Shown here piece after piece: positions 45,316-55,964 of a stretch of DNA of 64,000 bases. Where the stretch lies: contig CAZYTH010000005.1 in assembly GCA_964649715.1 (NCBI GenBank), positions 1,765 through 65,764 on the forward strand. The letters run 5' to 3'. The number at the start of each line of letters is the position of its first letter. The first letter of the stretch is position 1. A program made the position numbers and the translations under genes. The notes below the pieces were generated by a model. The model was not told the origin of the DNA, did no database searches, and saw nothing but the letters and a program-made list of their open reading frames with translations. Source of the DNA: an uncultured Candidatus Saccharibacteria bacterium. GTDB taxonomy: Bacteria; Patescibacteriota; Minisyncoccia; Phycocordibacterales; UBA12445.

Positions 45316-46320
45316 TTAAAATTTAAATAAATTCGGTGACGATTTTACCATAAGGGAATTGTTCGTCGACTGGAACAACCTTTTTATGTTTTTTATTGAA
45401 ACGTTTATTAAGGATGTTGTTTCCTCTGAAGACTCGCTTCTTAGTGTTATTATTTTTGGTGTTCCTTCGTTTGGGGTTATGCCTTTTTCATTCATTGTCC
45501 AAGTGAACTCAAGATTTTTGTCGGTCGGTGTGTCGGGGTAAGAGAAGAAATAAGGTTCAGCTCTTATGTTAATCTCTCTTTCAGATAAATTTGTTTGTAG
45601 GTTTAAGGCATTTAGATAGTTTGTCCCATCGGCTGGCTTGTCTTCGTAAAAAATTATTAAAGGTTCTTCTGGCTTTATTTTTATTTCTTTTTCCGCCACA
45701 ATATCTCCTTTGGAATTTGTTGCAATAACAGAGACTTTGGTATCACCAAAAGGACTTCCCATTGTAATCTTTTCGCTAGTTTTTCCATATCCCTTGCTTA
45801 TTCTTGATGAGTTTGCAAACCATTCATAGGTAAGATCATCAGGTGAAATCCTTGTGCCTTTTTCCGATAGGAAAAAAGGGACAGCAACAACTTTTACAGT
45901 GCTTTTTGGGGATGCGCCAGCCTTTCCCTTGTAAAGTGGTGGAACATAGGTATCTGCTTCCCACACAATATCAACATCAGCAGGATTTACAGACATTGTT
46001 TTTTCGATTTCTTTTCCATCTCCTTTAAAAACCCCACGGACGACAGTGTTTGAGCCGTTTTTTCCCGTTTGAAAAGAAAATTCTTTTCTGCCAACCCCCT
46101 CTTTCTCAAGTGAGCCGTTAATGTACCAATAAATATGAGCGTTATTGAGGTCCATTTCGTAACTTATGGCACTTACTTTTACATTCGTGAAACTTCCCGG
46201 ATTTTTTGGAGTAATGTTAAAGCCCACTTCACCTCCAATACTCCTGTTTACAACTAAGGCGTTTGAAAAGAATGGAACGAGGGCAAATATTATTGATGCT
46301 ATTTTTATATATTTTTTCAT
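45316..46320 (-). CDS. Secreted hypothetical protein (signal peptide, 334 aa)
   Basis: MKKYIKIASIIFALVPFFSNA signal peptide. Beta-rich composition. Confidence 0.45.
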   Translation of the reverse strand: MKKYIKIASIIFALVPFFSNALVVNRSIGGEVGFNITPKNPGSFTNVKVSAISYEMDLNNAHIYWYINGSLEKEGVGRKEFSFQTGKNGSNTVVRGVFKGDGKEIEKTMSVNPADVDIVWEADTYVPPLYKGKAGASPKSTVKVVAVPFFLSEKGTRISPDDLTYEWFANSSRISKGYGKTSEKITMGSPFGDTKVSVIATNSKGDIVAEKEIKIKPEEPLIIFYEDKPADGTNYLNALNLQTNLSEREINIRAEPYFFSYPDTPTDKNLEFTWTMNEKGITPNEGTPKIITLRSESSEETTSLINVSIKNIKRLFQSTNNSLMVKSSPNLFKF

Positions 46321-46371
46321 ATACCCTCTTAAATTTTAATAATAAAACTTTTAAATTATCTGTTTCAAAGA

Positions 46372-46965
46372 TTAAGCTGTTTCTGTTTGAAGGTTTGTTT
46401 CTGGGATTTCGTTTGTTTGCGTTTGTGGAACTCGTGAAAGTGAATTTTCGTATTGAGGATAACCACTTACGGCCCCAAGTGCCCTGTTTGCCCACATTTT
46501 TTGATTTACGCTTAGATTTGAACCTGCTATTTTTCCGCCTAGTTTACCTGAGATCGCCCCTGTTAAACTACTACCTCTTTCATAATTTAATTTTGCCCGA
46601 TATATCATAAATGTCCATGTGGGGAGAATACTTCCAACTATTGGTATCGTCTCTACAAACCAGCTTATCATCAGTGTGACAAAAAACTTAGCTCCAAGTC
46701 CTTTGTTTGACCAAATAATTGCCCACATAACGAAAGTTAACCCTGCAAATATATTTAAGGTAATTGTAGCCCCCCCAAGAAGAAAGAAATCAACGATCAA
46801 ACAAAGAAAACCGCAAAAATCAAAAAAATAGGATGCCAGGAAAAGAAGAACCCAATCTCCTTTATTCATTTTGCCTTTTGATTCGTTCATTATCCCTAAT
46901 TTATTAACTTTTTGGTTCTCATTCCCACCCCCGATTAAGATGACATCCACAAATTTATAAACCAA
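46372..46965 (-). CDS. Multi-pass membrane protein, type IV secretion-associated by context
   Basis: Four or more hydrophobic helices. Gly-rich C-terminal region. Function unknown. Confidence 0.4.
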   Translation of the reverse strand: MVYKFVDVILIGGGNENQKVNKLGIMNESKGKMNKGDWVLLFLASYFFDFCGFLCLIVDFFLLGGATITLNIFAGLTFVMWAIIWSNKGLGAKFFVTLMISWFVETIPIVGSILPTWTFMIYRAKLNYERGSSLTGAISGKLGGKIAGSNLSVNQKMWANRALGAVSGYPQYENSLSRVPQTQTNEIPETNLQTETA

Positions 46966-46980
46966 ACTTGATAACTCGTC

Positions 46981-48780
46981 TTACTCACTTGCCTTCAACT
47001 CCGCTTTTGCCTTCTTTATCGCCAGAAGTTGTGATGGATCGGATGTAATGATTTGATCCTCTGTATAAGAAGAAATGACTTTAATCGCCACGTGTTTAAG
47101 ACCAGCAAAGAATATCCCCTCCCCGACATTTGATTCAAGCAAGAGATATTTTTCTTCATCTGTTAGGTTGAAAGTTTTTTTGACTATATCTATTGAAGCT
47201 GGTGATTGTTTGAAAAGTATTTGCATTGAAGAGTTGGTAATAATAGGGACTCCGTATGGAGATTCAAGAAAATCTTTCACGTCCTGGGTTATTGTGGTAA
47301 GACCAAGGAAATATTTTCTTCCTCTTTTTGCAAGACTGAAAAGGAAAGATGCTGTGTCGGGGGATTTCATCATCCACCACGCCTCATCTATAATAAGCAT
47401 TCTTTTTCTAAGTTCTCTTCTTACTGATCCCCAGATATTATTCATGACAATATGCATTGCTACCGGTTTTAGTTCATCTTCCATATCCCTAACTGAAAAA
47501 ACGACAAATTTTTTGTTTATATCAACGTTTGTTGGTCTGTTTAAAAATCCTGCCCATGTTCCTTGTGTGAATTTTAGAAGTCTTTGTGCAAGAGAAGCTC
47601 CTCCTTCCATTCCAGCCAATACCAGCTCTAAGTCGGAAAGAAGCGGAGGTGTGGTGCCTGAAAAATCACTGTCGGCTGTTATGTCTTTGAGCGCGTATGT
47701 TTCCCTTATCGCATTATCCATTATCGCATCTTCTTCGGGCGTCATACCAGAAAGCATTATTCGAAAGAGACCGACAAGGTTTATGATATGGGAACGTAGT
47801 ACATCGGAAGATGATTCGTCTTCTCTCACAAATGGCAGGTCAAAAGGATTTATGTGGTGTTCTGATGTTAAAGAAATATTGAAATATCTTCCACCCACCG
47901 CTTCTGCCAGGAATTCATACTCCCTCTCAGGGTCAATAACAATAACATCAACATCAAACATAAGCGATCTAAGTATTTCAAGTTTTGTGAAATAAGATTT
48001 TCCTGATCCTGACTTTGCAAAAATTACGGAATTGTAGTTTTCCAGAGAGAATCTATCAAAAAGTATTAAACCTGAATTGTGTCTGTTTATTCCATAAAGG
48101 ATTCCTTTGTTTGATGTGAGGTCAAAAGAAATAAATGGAAAAACGCTAGATAATGGAGAGGAGTTTAGTTTCGTGTTTACTTGAAGCCTGTCTGACGCTA
48201 TCGGAATTACACTATTGAATCCTTCTTCTTGCTGAAAAAGAGCGGGTTTTATATAAACAAGACGAGATTCCATCATTGTTTTCACTTCTGCTTCTACTTT
48301 ATTCAATTCCTCTTCGTTACTTGCGTATAGCGTTATATAAAGCCCGACATCAAATATTTTTTCTCTTGCTTGTTGGAGTAGGTCTCGGAGAGTTTCAATA
48401 TCTTGAAAAGCTGTATCTAAGATAGGGTCTCTTACCATACCCTTTGCCTCGTTTGCGTGTATTTGGCTCTGTACTTCAGCCAGTTTTTTCTGGAGTTGTC
48501 TCAAAACAAGAGAGGTATCTATCGGATGAATGATTACAGAAACATCAAATATTTTGTCTAAATTTATTATCGGAGAGAACCAATTTTCGGAAAGAAAACG
48601 AGGATAAGAAATAACATAAAATGTTCTAGCCACTTTCTCCCCTATTTTTATGTTGTTTGATCCAACCTCAAGAGCAGATGGAGAGATGACATCCCTTAAC
48701 TCTAAAACTCCGCTTGAATAAATATCTTGTGGTAAGATGGCTTCTATTTTATTATCTTTATTTTTTCCAAAAAAATCCAT
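46981..48780 (-). CDS. Type IV secretion ATPase VirB4/TrbE/TraE family, ATPase part (599 aa)
   Basis: Walker A IFAKSGSGKSYFTK. Walker B MLIIDEAWWMM. Conserved VirB4 middle region (...ILPQDIYSSGVLELRD...FYVISYPRF...). Confidence 0.8.
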   Translation of the reverse strand: MDFFGKNKDNKIEAILPQDIYSSGVLELRDVISPSALEVGSNNIKIGEKVARTFYVISYPRFLSENWFSPIINLDKIFDVSVIIHPIDTSLVLRQLQKKLAEVQSQIHANEAKGMVRDPILDTAFQDIETLRDLLQQAREKIFDVGLYITLYASNEEELNKVEAEVKTMMESRLVYIKPALFQQEEGFNSVIPIASDRLQVNTKLNSSPLSSVFPFISFDLTSNKGILYGINRHNSGLILFDRFSLENYNSVIFAKSGSGKSYFTKLEILRSLMFDVDVIVIDPEREYEFLAEAVGGRYFNISLTSEHHINPFDLPFVREDESSSDVLRSHIINLVGLFRIMLSGMTPEEDAIMDNAIRETYALKDITADSDFSGTTPPLLSDLELVLAGMEGGASLAQRLLKFTQGTWAGFLNRPTNVDINKKFVVFSVRDMEDELKPVAMHIVMNNIWGSVRRELRKRMLIIDEAWWMMKSPDTASFLFSLAKRGRKYFLGLTTITQDVKDFLESPYGVPIITNSSMQILFKQSPASIDIVKKTFNLTDEEKYLLLESNVGEGIFFAGLKHVAIKVISSYTEDQIITSDPSQLLAIKKAKAELKASE

Positions 48781-48819
48781 GTTTCAAAATTAAAATTTAA
48801 AAATCAAAAGGTTATAAAA

Positions 48820-49467
48820 TTATACCTTGGGAACACCGCCTTGTTCATCGGGATTGAATATTTTGTAAAATAGTTCTATCAACTCCTCTGTTCCTAAAGG
48901 GACCGATCTTACACCGCTTCTACTTAATCCTTGTGTAACAACGCTAACTCTTTGCTCTATCTGTGTCCTGTTTTCTTCGAAAGTAAGTAATTCTTGCCTT
49001 TTTTCTTCTCTTGAATCTTTTCCTCCACCAAAGATGCTGAAGATTTTAGAAGAAGCTCCGCTTGCAGATTGCATCACAGGTGGTGAATATGGAACGACAA
49101 CATAGAAAGATTTTTCCATTATGTTTACTCCTTCTGTAAAACCCCTGATGAAATTTATATATTCTCTTAATTGTATTTTGAGAAGCTCGCTTGGTTGAGA
49201 GCTCATTTTTTCTGACATTGAAGATAGATATGGTCTTATGTCCAATCTTCTTGATTGGATTAGTATTTGAACGGTAAAATCAAGTGAGTTAAGGAAGTTT
49301 TGGTATTGCATTATTATCGCTTGTTGTTCGTCGGATGATTTGAGAGCGAAGTTCAGTGAAGAGCACATAAATATCATAAGCATAGTTCCATCTTTCAGGA
49401 CGACTATCCCATCTCTTATTTCTTTTATTGGAACGAAATCTTGTGTGCTTTTATTATTATCGGCCAT
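48820..49467 (-). CDS. Separate ORF encoding a VirB4-type N-terminal domain (215 aa)
   Basis: IPIKEIRDGIVVLKDGTMLMIFMCSSLNFALKSSDEQQAIIMQYQNFLNSLDF matches the N-terminal domain of Gram-positive-type VirB4/TraE proteins. Lies 39 nt upstream of the ATPase ORF on the same strand. Confidence 0.6.
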   Translation of the reverse strand: MADNNKSTQDFVPIKEIRDGIVVLKDGTMLMIFMCSSLNFALKSSDEQQAIIMQYQNFLNSLDFTVQILIQSRRLDIRPYLSSMSEKMSSQPSELLKIQLREYINFIRGFTEGVNIMEKSFYVVVPYSPPVMQSASGASSKIFSIFGGGKDSREEKRQELLTFEENRTQIEQRVSVVTQGLSRSGVRSVPLGTEELIELFYKIFNPDEQGGVPKV

Positions 49468-49473
49468 ATATTC

Positions 49474-49555
49474 AATTACGAATTTTTAATTACTAATTAC
49501 GAATTAAACTTTTTCTTTTCTTTATTTTATCATCAATCATTATTAATTCGTAATT
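49474..49555. repeat. Cluster of aattacgaat-family repeats (two direct, one inverted) in the spacer between the VirB4 N-domain ORF and the PrgI-like gene
   Basis: caattacgaat 49474-49484, ctaattacgaatt 49493-49505, aattcgtaatta 49544-49555. Confidence 0.6.
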
Positions 49556-49982
49556 ATTTTATTTTCTCCTGTATATCTAAACTCCATGCGATGTCTTTAA
49601 GTTTGCCTGATGTAAGTTTTGGCGTTGCGGTCTTTGGTGATGACGCTTTCCCTATAAGTTGATCAAGGTCGTCAGCTTCTTTTTTTATAACCGTTGCTTC
49701 TTTTTTCCAGAGGTATCTCTTTCCCGAAAGGGTGAAGCTAAACCACGCTTGGACTATGTCTATAAACGGTCTATCGTTCACTTTATAGTAAGCCAGAGCA
49801 ACAGCAAATGCGATAAAAGGAAGAACGATTATATATGATATAGATCCAATATACGGTTCAAGTATTCTGTACAGCCCATAACCACCACCAAAACCACCCA
49901 AAAGATAAAGGAATTGTTTGAAGGTGAAAGGTCCTACGACCTTATCCTCTACTTCTATGAATTGTGGGACTTGGAACTGCAT
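49554..49982 (-). CDS. PrgI-family protein (VirB3-like type IV secretion component)
   Basis: MQFQVPQFIEVEDKVVGPFTFKQFLYLLGG N-terminus typical of the PrgI family, followed by two TM helices. Confidence 0.6.
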   Translation of the reverse strand: MQFQVPQFIEVEDKVVGPFTFKQFLYLLGGFGGGYGLYRILEPYIGSISYIIVLPFIAFAVALAYYKVNDRPFIDIVQAWFSFTLSGKRYLWKKEATVIKKEADDLDQLIGKASSPKTATPKLTSGKLKDIAWSLDIQEKIK

Positions 49983-49989
49983 ATATAAT

Positions 49990-50061
49990 CAATTATGAAT
50001 TAATAATTACGAATTACGAATTTTCTTGTACCATTGCTTTATATTTCCTGCCTGCCGGCAG
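49990..50061. repeat. Spacer containing both repeat families: aattatgaattaataattacgaattacgaat (49990-50023) and cctgcctgccggcag (50047-50061)
   Basis: Seen directly. Confidence 0.6.
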
Positions 50062-50084
50062 TTCGTTTTTTTTGTTCTACGCTT

Positions 50085-50762
50085 TTACATCATTTCCCTA
50101 TAGGGATCTGGTGCAATTCCTCCTCCTCCCACCCTTACATCTGTCTCTGTTTTTGGTATTTCTGTCGGTTCGTTTATCTTCTTCTCTAAAATATCCATTC
50201 CGCTAGTTGCTTGAAATCCGAGAATGCTCGTGTCTTGTTTTTTTGTTTCGGTTATTTTGCCTTCTAAGATATCCATCGTTTTTCTGGGCACATTTAAACT
50301 CTCTCTTTCTACTTTTTTCATAATGTTTGATTGTGTCTCTGTCTTCTCTCCTACTGTAAAAACTTTTTGTCCTGCGTGTATGGCTCGCAAAGATTCCTTA
50401 ACTTTGGCGAATATTTTTTCGTTTATTTCCATAACGATATTGCTTGCTTTATTTTTGTCTATACCGAGTCTGGCTACTATACTGCCAACAAATTCCATTG
50501 GGTCGGATACTCCGAGAAGGACAAGTCCTGTCTCCTGCCCTAAAATTGCTGTTTGGTCGACGTGGAGATTGTATTTCTTGCTTGTTTCAAATATCGCTTC
50601 GGCTGAATCAACAGAAGCTATGGCGTCTTTCAGATCTTCGGGCAAGTTATCAAAAATATCGTTCAGCTTATTCCTGTCGTGATTTAAAACAGGCCCACCT
50701 TTATTTAAGGCGATAGTCGGTCCTGATTTGTAAATATTTAATTCATCGTTTTTGAGAATCAT
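50085..50762 (-). CDS. Hypothetical protein (225 aa), type IV secretion locus
   Basis: Coherent ORF. No motifs recognised. Confidence 0.4.
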   Translation of the reverse strand: MILKNDELNIYKSGPTIALNKGGPVLNHDRNKLNDIFDNLPEDLKDAIASVDSAEAIFETSKKYNLHVDQTAILGQETGLVLLGVSDPMEFVGSIVARLGIDKNKASNIVMEINEKIFAKVKESLRAIHAGQKVFTVGEKTETQSNIMKKVERESLNVPRKTMDILEGKITETKKQDTSILGFQATSGMDILEKKINEPTEIPKTETDVRVGGGGIAPDPYREMM

Positions 50763-53291
50763 TTATGGATTGTTTATTATTGATTCTAATTCTGCCACCT
50801 TTGTTCTTAATTCATCCCTTTTTGAAATAAGAGATGGATCTGATCCGCCAGCGACAATAAGATCAGATTCGGCTTTGGTAAGCTGTCTTTTTGTGTCTGG
50901 AAGATTTTTTCTCGCCTCTATTTTATCTGCCATCTTTTTCCTACCTACTTCTTTAAGTTTTTTCAAATCATCCTTGTCAAATGCTTCTGCAGCCTCATCT
51001 GTATCTAGTATCGAGTCCTCTAATTCGGCAGCATTCTTAGCACTCATGGATTTTAGGGCTTTAATTTTCTTATCTTTCGTGTCATAAGAATTCCAATTTC
51101 CTTGAACAACATCCAACTCTACGTGTTTTCTCCCTCTGTAGTTTCTTTCGTTTGAATGAACTGTATTCTTAAGTGCAATTAACTGATCTGGTTTAAGATT
51201 GCCTTTTTCTTCTAAAGCCTTGATTTGGGCCTCGTCAAGCCACTGTGCTATTTTCCCGTTGTTTTCCATCAGTTTCTTTATACCAAGATCAAGTATTTTG
51301 TCACCCCTGAACAGTGAAAGACCTTCTCTGATTTCTTTTTCTATTCCCTTTTTTGCATTATCCAAATTTCCGTTATGCTTTTCGTCAGCATATTCTTTAA
51401 ATTCTTTTCTTGCTTTTTCCTCGGCTTTGACTAATCCCAGATTATTATCTCTTGCATAATTATCTTTTTGTTCTTGCGTCATATTATCCCAGTCGACCAA
51501 ACTAGAAACTCTTTGCATTTCTTTTTTCTTTTGTTCTATTTCCTGTTTCGCTTTATACGCTTTTTCGGCTTTTTCTCCTGCTTCTCTTTCACCTTTTGTT
51601 TCCATAATTTCAAAACCTGTTCCGGTTTTTACTAGTTCGGAAATTGTTGAACCAGGAGAAGTGACTTTTTCTTTGATTGATTCTCCAAGCATTCCAGCTT
51701 TCGTGCTTATTTTTTCAGCAACGGGTTTGCCTATATTTTTACTCCAATCATTTTGGATATTTGCCCAAGCACCTGATGTGACTCTGCCTTCTTTATCTTT
51801 TACCTCTTCATCTCTATCTCTTATGCCCCTATAAACACTTCTTGCCGAACCTGCACCCACCATAGCCGCACCAGTTGCAAGACCAATAGTCGCGCCTGTG
51901 GCCCATTTGCCGAATTTTTCAGCACCTGACGCGCCAGTGGCTCCCATCTTTTTTGCCATTATGATTGAGGAGAATAGGAAGCCCAAGATTATTATGTGGG
52001 AAAAAATAGTATCAACAGAACCACCCAAGATAGGTATTTTCCAACCTTTATTTATTGATGATATTAAATCACCACAGACAATAAGTTTCATTGTTATGTA
52101 TATTCCAAGCATAAAGGCTGGAGCGAAAAACGCCTGATTGATGAGATTTTCCCAATAACCGCTACTTATTTTTCCTGAAATAGACTTGGGGGCGACCATT
52201 GCTATCCACGGAAGCGGAGACAGTATAAGTGCAATAATTAGACTTATAATTCTCACAATAAAAAGTGCAGAGGCAAAAAACAACACAAAAAGGAAAACAA
52301 TCATAAAGACGGTGGTCATTAGTGCATTTATAGAGATGGCTCCAACAGAGGGAACATCTTTTAACTCAGAGTCTCCTTTTTCCGCAGCAGCCTGACCTGA
52401 TGCAAGTTGTTGTTTTAAGCTTAGTCTCTCTATAAATACGCTAGTAAGATTGCCATTTGGTCCACCTCGTGCTTTGTCGTAGAAATACACAGCAAAAACG
52501 TTTGAAACATCTATTATGATGCCTGTTATTGCCATGCTAAAATTTATCATAACAACAGCGAATATTAGTGTGCTGATCATTTTTTTCCAATTTACACTGT
52601 CAAGACTTAAAATTGTTCCAATCGCAATATACATCATAATCATGAGGGCAAACATATTTACGAGGTCCCTCAACACTTTCCATGCAGATATAACCACATC
52701 CTTTTGTGCAAAACTAGCCATTTCGTTTATTGAGACCTCGACCACAAAGGTGAAAATTTCTGATACAACCCACGTTACCCCAGAAAGTATGTAGAGGAAA
52801 AAGCCCAAGATTCTGGCAAAAGCTTCTCGAAGACAAGCCATTGAAAACGACCCTTCTCCAAACCAGCCTGGTTCGCAGGTGTCTGGCAATTTACCCCCAG
52901 AAGAGACTATTGCCTTTTTTGCTTTCAGTAATTCATCTATTTCAGCTATTCTTTCGTCAATACCTCCACGAGCTCTAACTTTTAAATCCAAGTCAACTCT
53001 TTCTTCTTTTAATTTATCAATCTCTTTTTGAATAGTAGCCTTCTGTAATTTCTCTGTAATTTCTTGTTGCTTCTTTTTTATTTCATCCTTTTCTTTTATT
53101 AATTCATCTCTCTTTTTTTCATTGGATGTTATCTGACTCTTTGCTGTTACAACCTCTTCTCCAGCACTTGTATCTATATAAACATCTGCGCTTACAAAAT
53201 TTGAGCTTAAAGAGAGCAAAAGCAATAAAAACAAAACAGCAAAAGACGTTGATGCTATTTTCTTTATTTTATTGTTTCCGAAAAAGTTCAT
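50763..53291 (-). CDS. VirB6-like polytopic membrane protein with N- and C-terminal coiled-coil extensions (842 aa)
   Basis: Signal/TM at the N-terminus. At least six hydrophobic helices centrally (for example VFMIVFLFVLFFASALFIVRIISLIIALILSPLPWIAMVAP). Long charged coiled-coil regions. Position next to PrgI and VirB4. Confidence 0.55.
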   Translation of the reverse strand: MNFFGNNKIKKIASTSFAVLFLLLLLSLSSNFVSADVYIDTSAGEEVVTAKSQITSNEKKRDELIKEKDEIKKKQQEITEKLQKATIQKEIDKLKEERVDLDLKVRARGGIDERIAEIDELLKAKKAIVSSGGKLPDTCEPGWFGEGSFSMACLREAFARILGFFLYILSGVTWVVSEIFTFVVEVSINEMASFAQKDVVISAWKVLRDLVNMFALMIMMYIAIGTILSLDSVNWKKMISTLIFAVVMINFSMAITGIIIDVSNVFAVYFYDKARGGPNGNLTSVFIERLSLKQQLASGQAAAEKGDSELKDVPSVGAISINALMTTVFMIVFLFVLFFASALFIVRIISLIIALILSPLPWIAMVAPKSISGKISSGYWENLINQAFFAPAFMLGIYITMKLIVCGDLISSINKGWKIPILGGSVDTIFSHIIILGFLFSSIIMAKKMGATGASGAEKFGKWATGATIGLATGAAMVGAGSARSVYRGIRDRDEEVKDKEGRVTSGAWANIQNDWSKNIGKPVAEKISTKAGMLGESIKEKVTSPGSTISELVKTGTGFEIMETKGEREAGEKAEKAYKAKQEIEQKKKEMQRVSSLVDWDNMTQEQKDNYARDNNLGLVKAEEKARKEFKEYADEKHNGNLDNAKKGIEKEIREGLSLFRGDKILDLGIKKLMENNGKIAQWLDEAQIKALEEKGNLKPDQLIALKNTVHSNERNYRGRKHVELDVVQGNWNSYDTKDKKIKALKSMSAKNAAELEDSILDTDEAAEAFDKDDLKKLKEVGRKKMADKIEARKNLPDTKRQLTKAESDLIVAGGSDPSLISKRDELRTKVAELESIINNP

Positions 53292-53294
53292 TTT

Positions 53295-55964
53295 TTATGG
53301 CAAAAGATTTATTGTTGTAAACTTTGAGATTTGTTCTCCCGCTTCGTTTATGCAACTCATTCTATATGTATAGTTTCTGTCAAAGGTGCCCGTTGTTCTT
53401 TTTATGGTTAAGGTGTCGCCAGATGAACTCACTGTATATTTTTTAAATTCTTCTTTTTTGATGTGGTCGGTCTCACTGGTGATAGCCACCCAGAGTCTGT
53501 TTACAATATCTGATCCATCGGGTGTTTCGTCGGTTAAGTTCGCTTGGATATTTAAACTATAACCATTAAGAGTTAGAAATATTGAGTCGTTTGCACTAAG
53601 TCCAGTGATATTTGGTTTGTAGGTGAGGGTCTGTGTTAAGGTGTTCTGACCTATTGTAAATGTATTAGTAGGGATTTGCACTATTGTTCCACCTTCACCA
53701 CTTGCACTTATTTCATATGTAAATATTGAAGGGTGATAGATATCAAAGGTGCCAATTATATTGCTTTCAAAATCCTCATCTTTTTGTATGAGTATTGTTT
53801 TTGTGGTGGAGGCGATATGTTTTCCATTTTCTAAGGTGCTCCATGTCGGCCAGTCCGTCTTGGTCATGCAAGAAATACTGTTTTCGGCCTCATAAAATAT
53901 TTCCGTCTTTTTTATTCCGTTTTTTAGGTCTTCGGTATTGCTTTCAATTTTTAACGTTGGTGCTTCTGGTTCATAATATATTTCTTCGTCACCATAAGAT
54001 TGATCTGGCTCGTCATTGTCAGCACCCGAAAGTCCTGAAAAAAGTTGACTTAAGTAGGAGAGCCAATCTGTGCCACCACTTGTGCCACCAGCACTTCCAC
54101 CACCTCCAGAGGTAGCACCCCCTCCTCCGCCAGATGTTTGTCCGCCACTTGTTTCCATTGTTACTCCCGAGACAGATGAACCACCGCTTCCACTAGATAA
54201 TGGAGAGACACCATCCTTTCTTTTGTCTTCTTCGCTCTCATCAGTGTTTAGAGTTACGTGTATTGGTGCGTCATTCAGAAGAGACGCTCTGTCGGCGACT
54301 AGTTTTGCGGCAATCAATATGGATTCATCGGTGCAGTGTTTTTTGCCATCATATTCAAAAGAATTTATGCATTCAGTCACCGCTGTTATCCCCCCAAATG
54401 GAGCCCAAGTTTGTTCCGCTCGACTCTTATATTCTTCTTCAAATTTATTCTTTATGTCTAAATTAATAAAGAATTGTCCTGGTCCATTGTTTCTGGAATC
54501 AGCTATTTCAAATAAATTACTAAAATTTTGAGATGGGTCTTGGGGAGGATTTTGGATAGAAGCTTTTGTGTCGATGGTAGGTTTTGTTGAGGCCAGATAG
54601 AAAGCTTCTTCATCTTTTTTTATTTCCACCTGTTCCCCAATGGCTTGGGCAATGAGTGTTTTATTTCCTTCGGGTATTTGGGATTTATTTGAATCTAGGA
54701 GATATAATAAAAGGTTGTTGGCAACTTCTTTTGACTCTTGAACCCATTCTTTTAGGGTCACAACCATATTTTTTGTTGGCCCTTGACCTATATCGTTTGA
54801 AGGAGTTCTTCCCTCTTTCATGAATTTTTGATAGTCATCTCTTTCTTTTTTTATGGCCTCCCTTGCCTCTTTAGCTGCTTCTGGATCGTCCTCCCTCTCC
54901 TTCTTTAGAAGGTCTTTTTGTATCGCTAAGATTTTTTCTGTATCCTCGCATATTTTTTGGGTAATGTGTCTGGTTTGTGTGGTCATATTTGCGAGTTGTT
55001 TGGTATAACCAAGAAGAGCTCCTGCTTGCTCTATTACGGGAACACCGTTACTCCCGCTGTCTCCTTGCGAATTTTGTGAGTTATTGCAGACGTTTTGTCC
55101 TGTTTCTTGTCCGTCTTTGATAATATTGTTGTTTTCACTCATTTGTTCAGAAGCACTGTTTACTGTTTCAACGGACTTAACCCCTTGTCCGCCTGCTCCT
55201 ACAACTTCTGCCATCATTCCGCTAGCTCCAGCGCTTGCTCCTGTAATTTGGGATGGAACTCTGTTGCTGTTTGCAAAACCTCCAAGTACGCCCTGAAGAG
55301 AGGAGGCTGAATTCATTATTCCGTTTCCCATCCCAGAAATCATCCCAATTCCCTGTTTGAATTCTGAGGGAATTGTAAAGCCAACCAAACTACCCACTCT
55401 TTCTAGCGTTTGTATTATTTGGGCAGGATTTGCATCTCCCTTACCAAGATTTTTGATGTCGTCAATTAACCCCAAAACAGCTGGAATTTTTCCCACTGTA
55501 TTCATTAAACCGTACACACTTTCAGCTTTATTTATTTGGCCTAAAGTATTATCGATTTTTTCAAATGTTTGTTTTTCTGCTGTGCTAAGCTGGTCGAGTG
55601 CTTCTCGCGCTTTTCTTTTTTTGTCTGCTATTCCTGGTATGTCATAATCAAATAATTTATCAGGACCGTTTATTATTGTTTCGAGCCCTGTCTTTGTAAC
55701 TTCAAATCCTTGTTTTGCAGTAACTCTAACGTTTTTATCTAAATACTCTTTTATTTTTGTTGTGGAGCTTAAATCAATACCAGCATTTTTCCCAGCATTT
55801 AAATAACCTTCTATCGTGCTTGTGTCATAGCCGAAGCTTTTTGCTGCGGATAATATTGAATTGGTATTGTAAGCAAATGTAAAAAGTGGGAAAAGAAAAG
55901 ATATGAACAATATCAGAACAACTGTGAGTCTTATTTTTCTAATTTTTAAAATTCCCCTTTTCAT
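53295..55964 (-). CDS. Large secreted protein (889 aa) with Gly-rich linker, type IV secretion-associated
   Basis: N-terminal TM/signal. Helical N-terminal half. SGGGGGATSGGGGSAGGTSGG linker. Beta-rich C-terminal domain. Candidate surface or adhesin component. Confidence 0.45.
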   Translation of the reverse strand: MKRGILKIRKIRLTVVLILFISFLFPLFTFAYNTNSILSAAKSFGYDTSTIEGYLNAGKNAGIDLSSTTKIKEYLDKNVRVTAKQGFEVTKTGLETIINGPDKLFDYDIPGIADKKRKAREALDQLSTAEKQTFEKIDNTLGQINKAESVYGLMNTVGKIPAVLGLIDDIKNLGKGDANPAQIIQTLERVGSLVGFTIPSEFKQGIGMISGMGNGIMNSASSLQGVLGGFANSNRVPSQITGASAGASGMMAEVVGAGGQGVKSVETVNSASEQMSENNNIIKDGQETGQNVCNNSQNSQGDSGSNGVPVIEQAGALLGYTKQLANMTTQTRHITQKICEDTEKILAIQKDLLKKEREDDPEAAKEAREAIKKERDDYQKFMKEGRTPSNDIGQGPTKNMVVTLKEWVQESKEVANNLLLYLLDSNKSQIPEGNKTLIAQAIGEQVEIKKDEEAFYLASTKPTIDTKASIQNPPQDPSQNFSNLFEIADSRNNGPGQFFINLDIKNKFEEEYKSRAEQTWAPFGGITAVTECINSFEYDGKKHCTDESILIAAKLVADRASLLNDAPIHVTLNTDESEEDKRKDGVSPLSSGSGGSSVSGVTMETSGGQTSGGGGGATSGGGGSAGGTSGGTDWLSYLSQLFSGLSGADNDEPDQSYGDEEIYYEPEAPTLKIESNTEDLKNGIKKTEIFYEAENSISCMTKTDWPTWSTLENGKHIASTTKTILIQKDEDFESNIIGTFDIYHPSIFTYEISASGEGGTIVQIPTNTFTIGQNTLTQTLTYKPNITGLSANDSIFLTLNGYSLNIQANLTDETPDGSDIVNRLWVAITSETDHIKKEEFKKYTVSSSGDTLTIKRTTGTFDRNYTYRMSCINEAGEQISKFTTINLLP

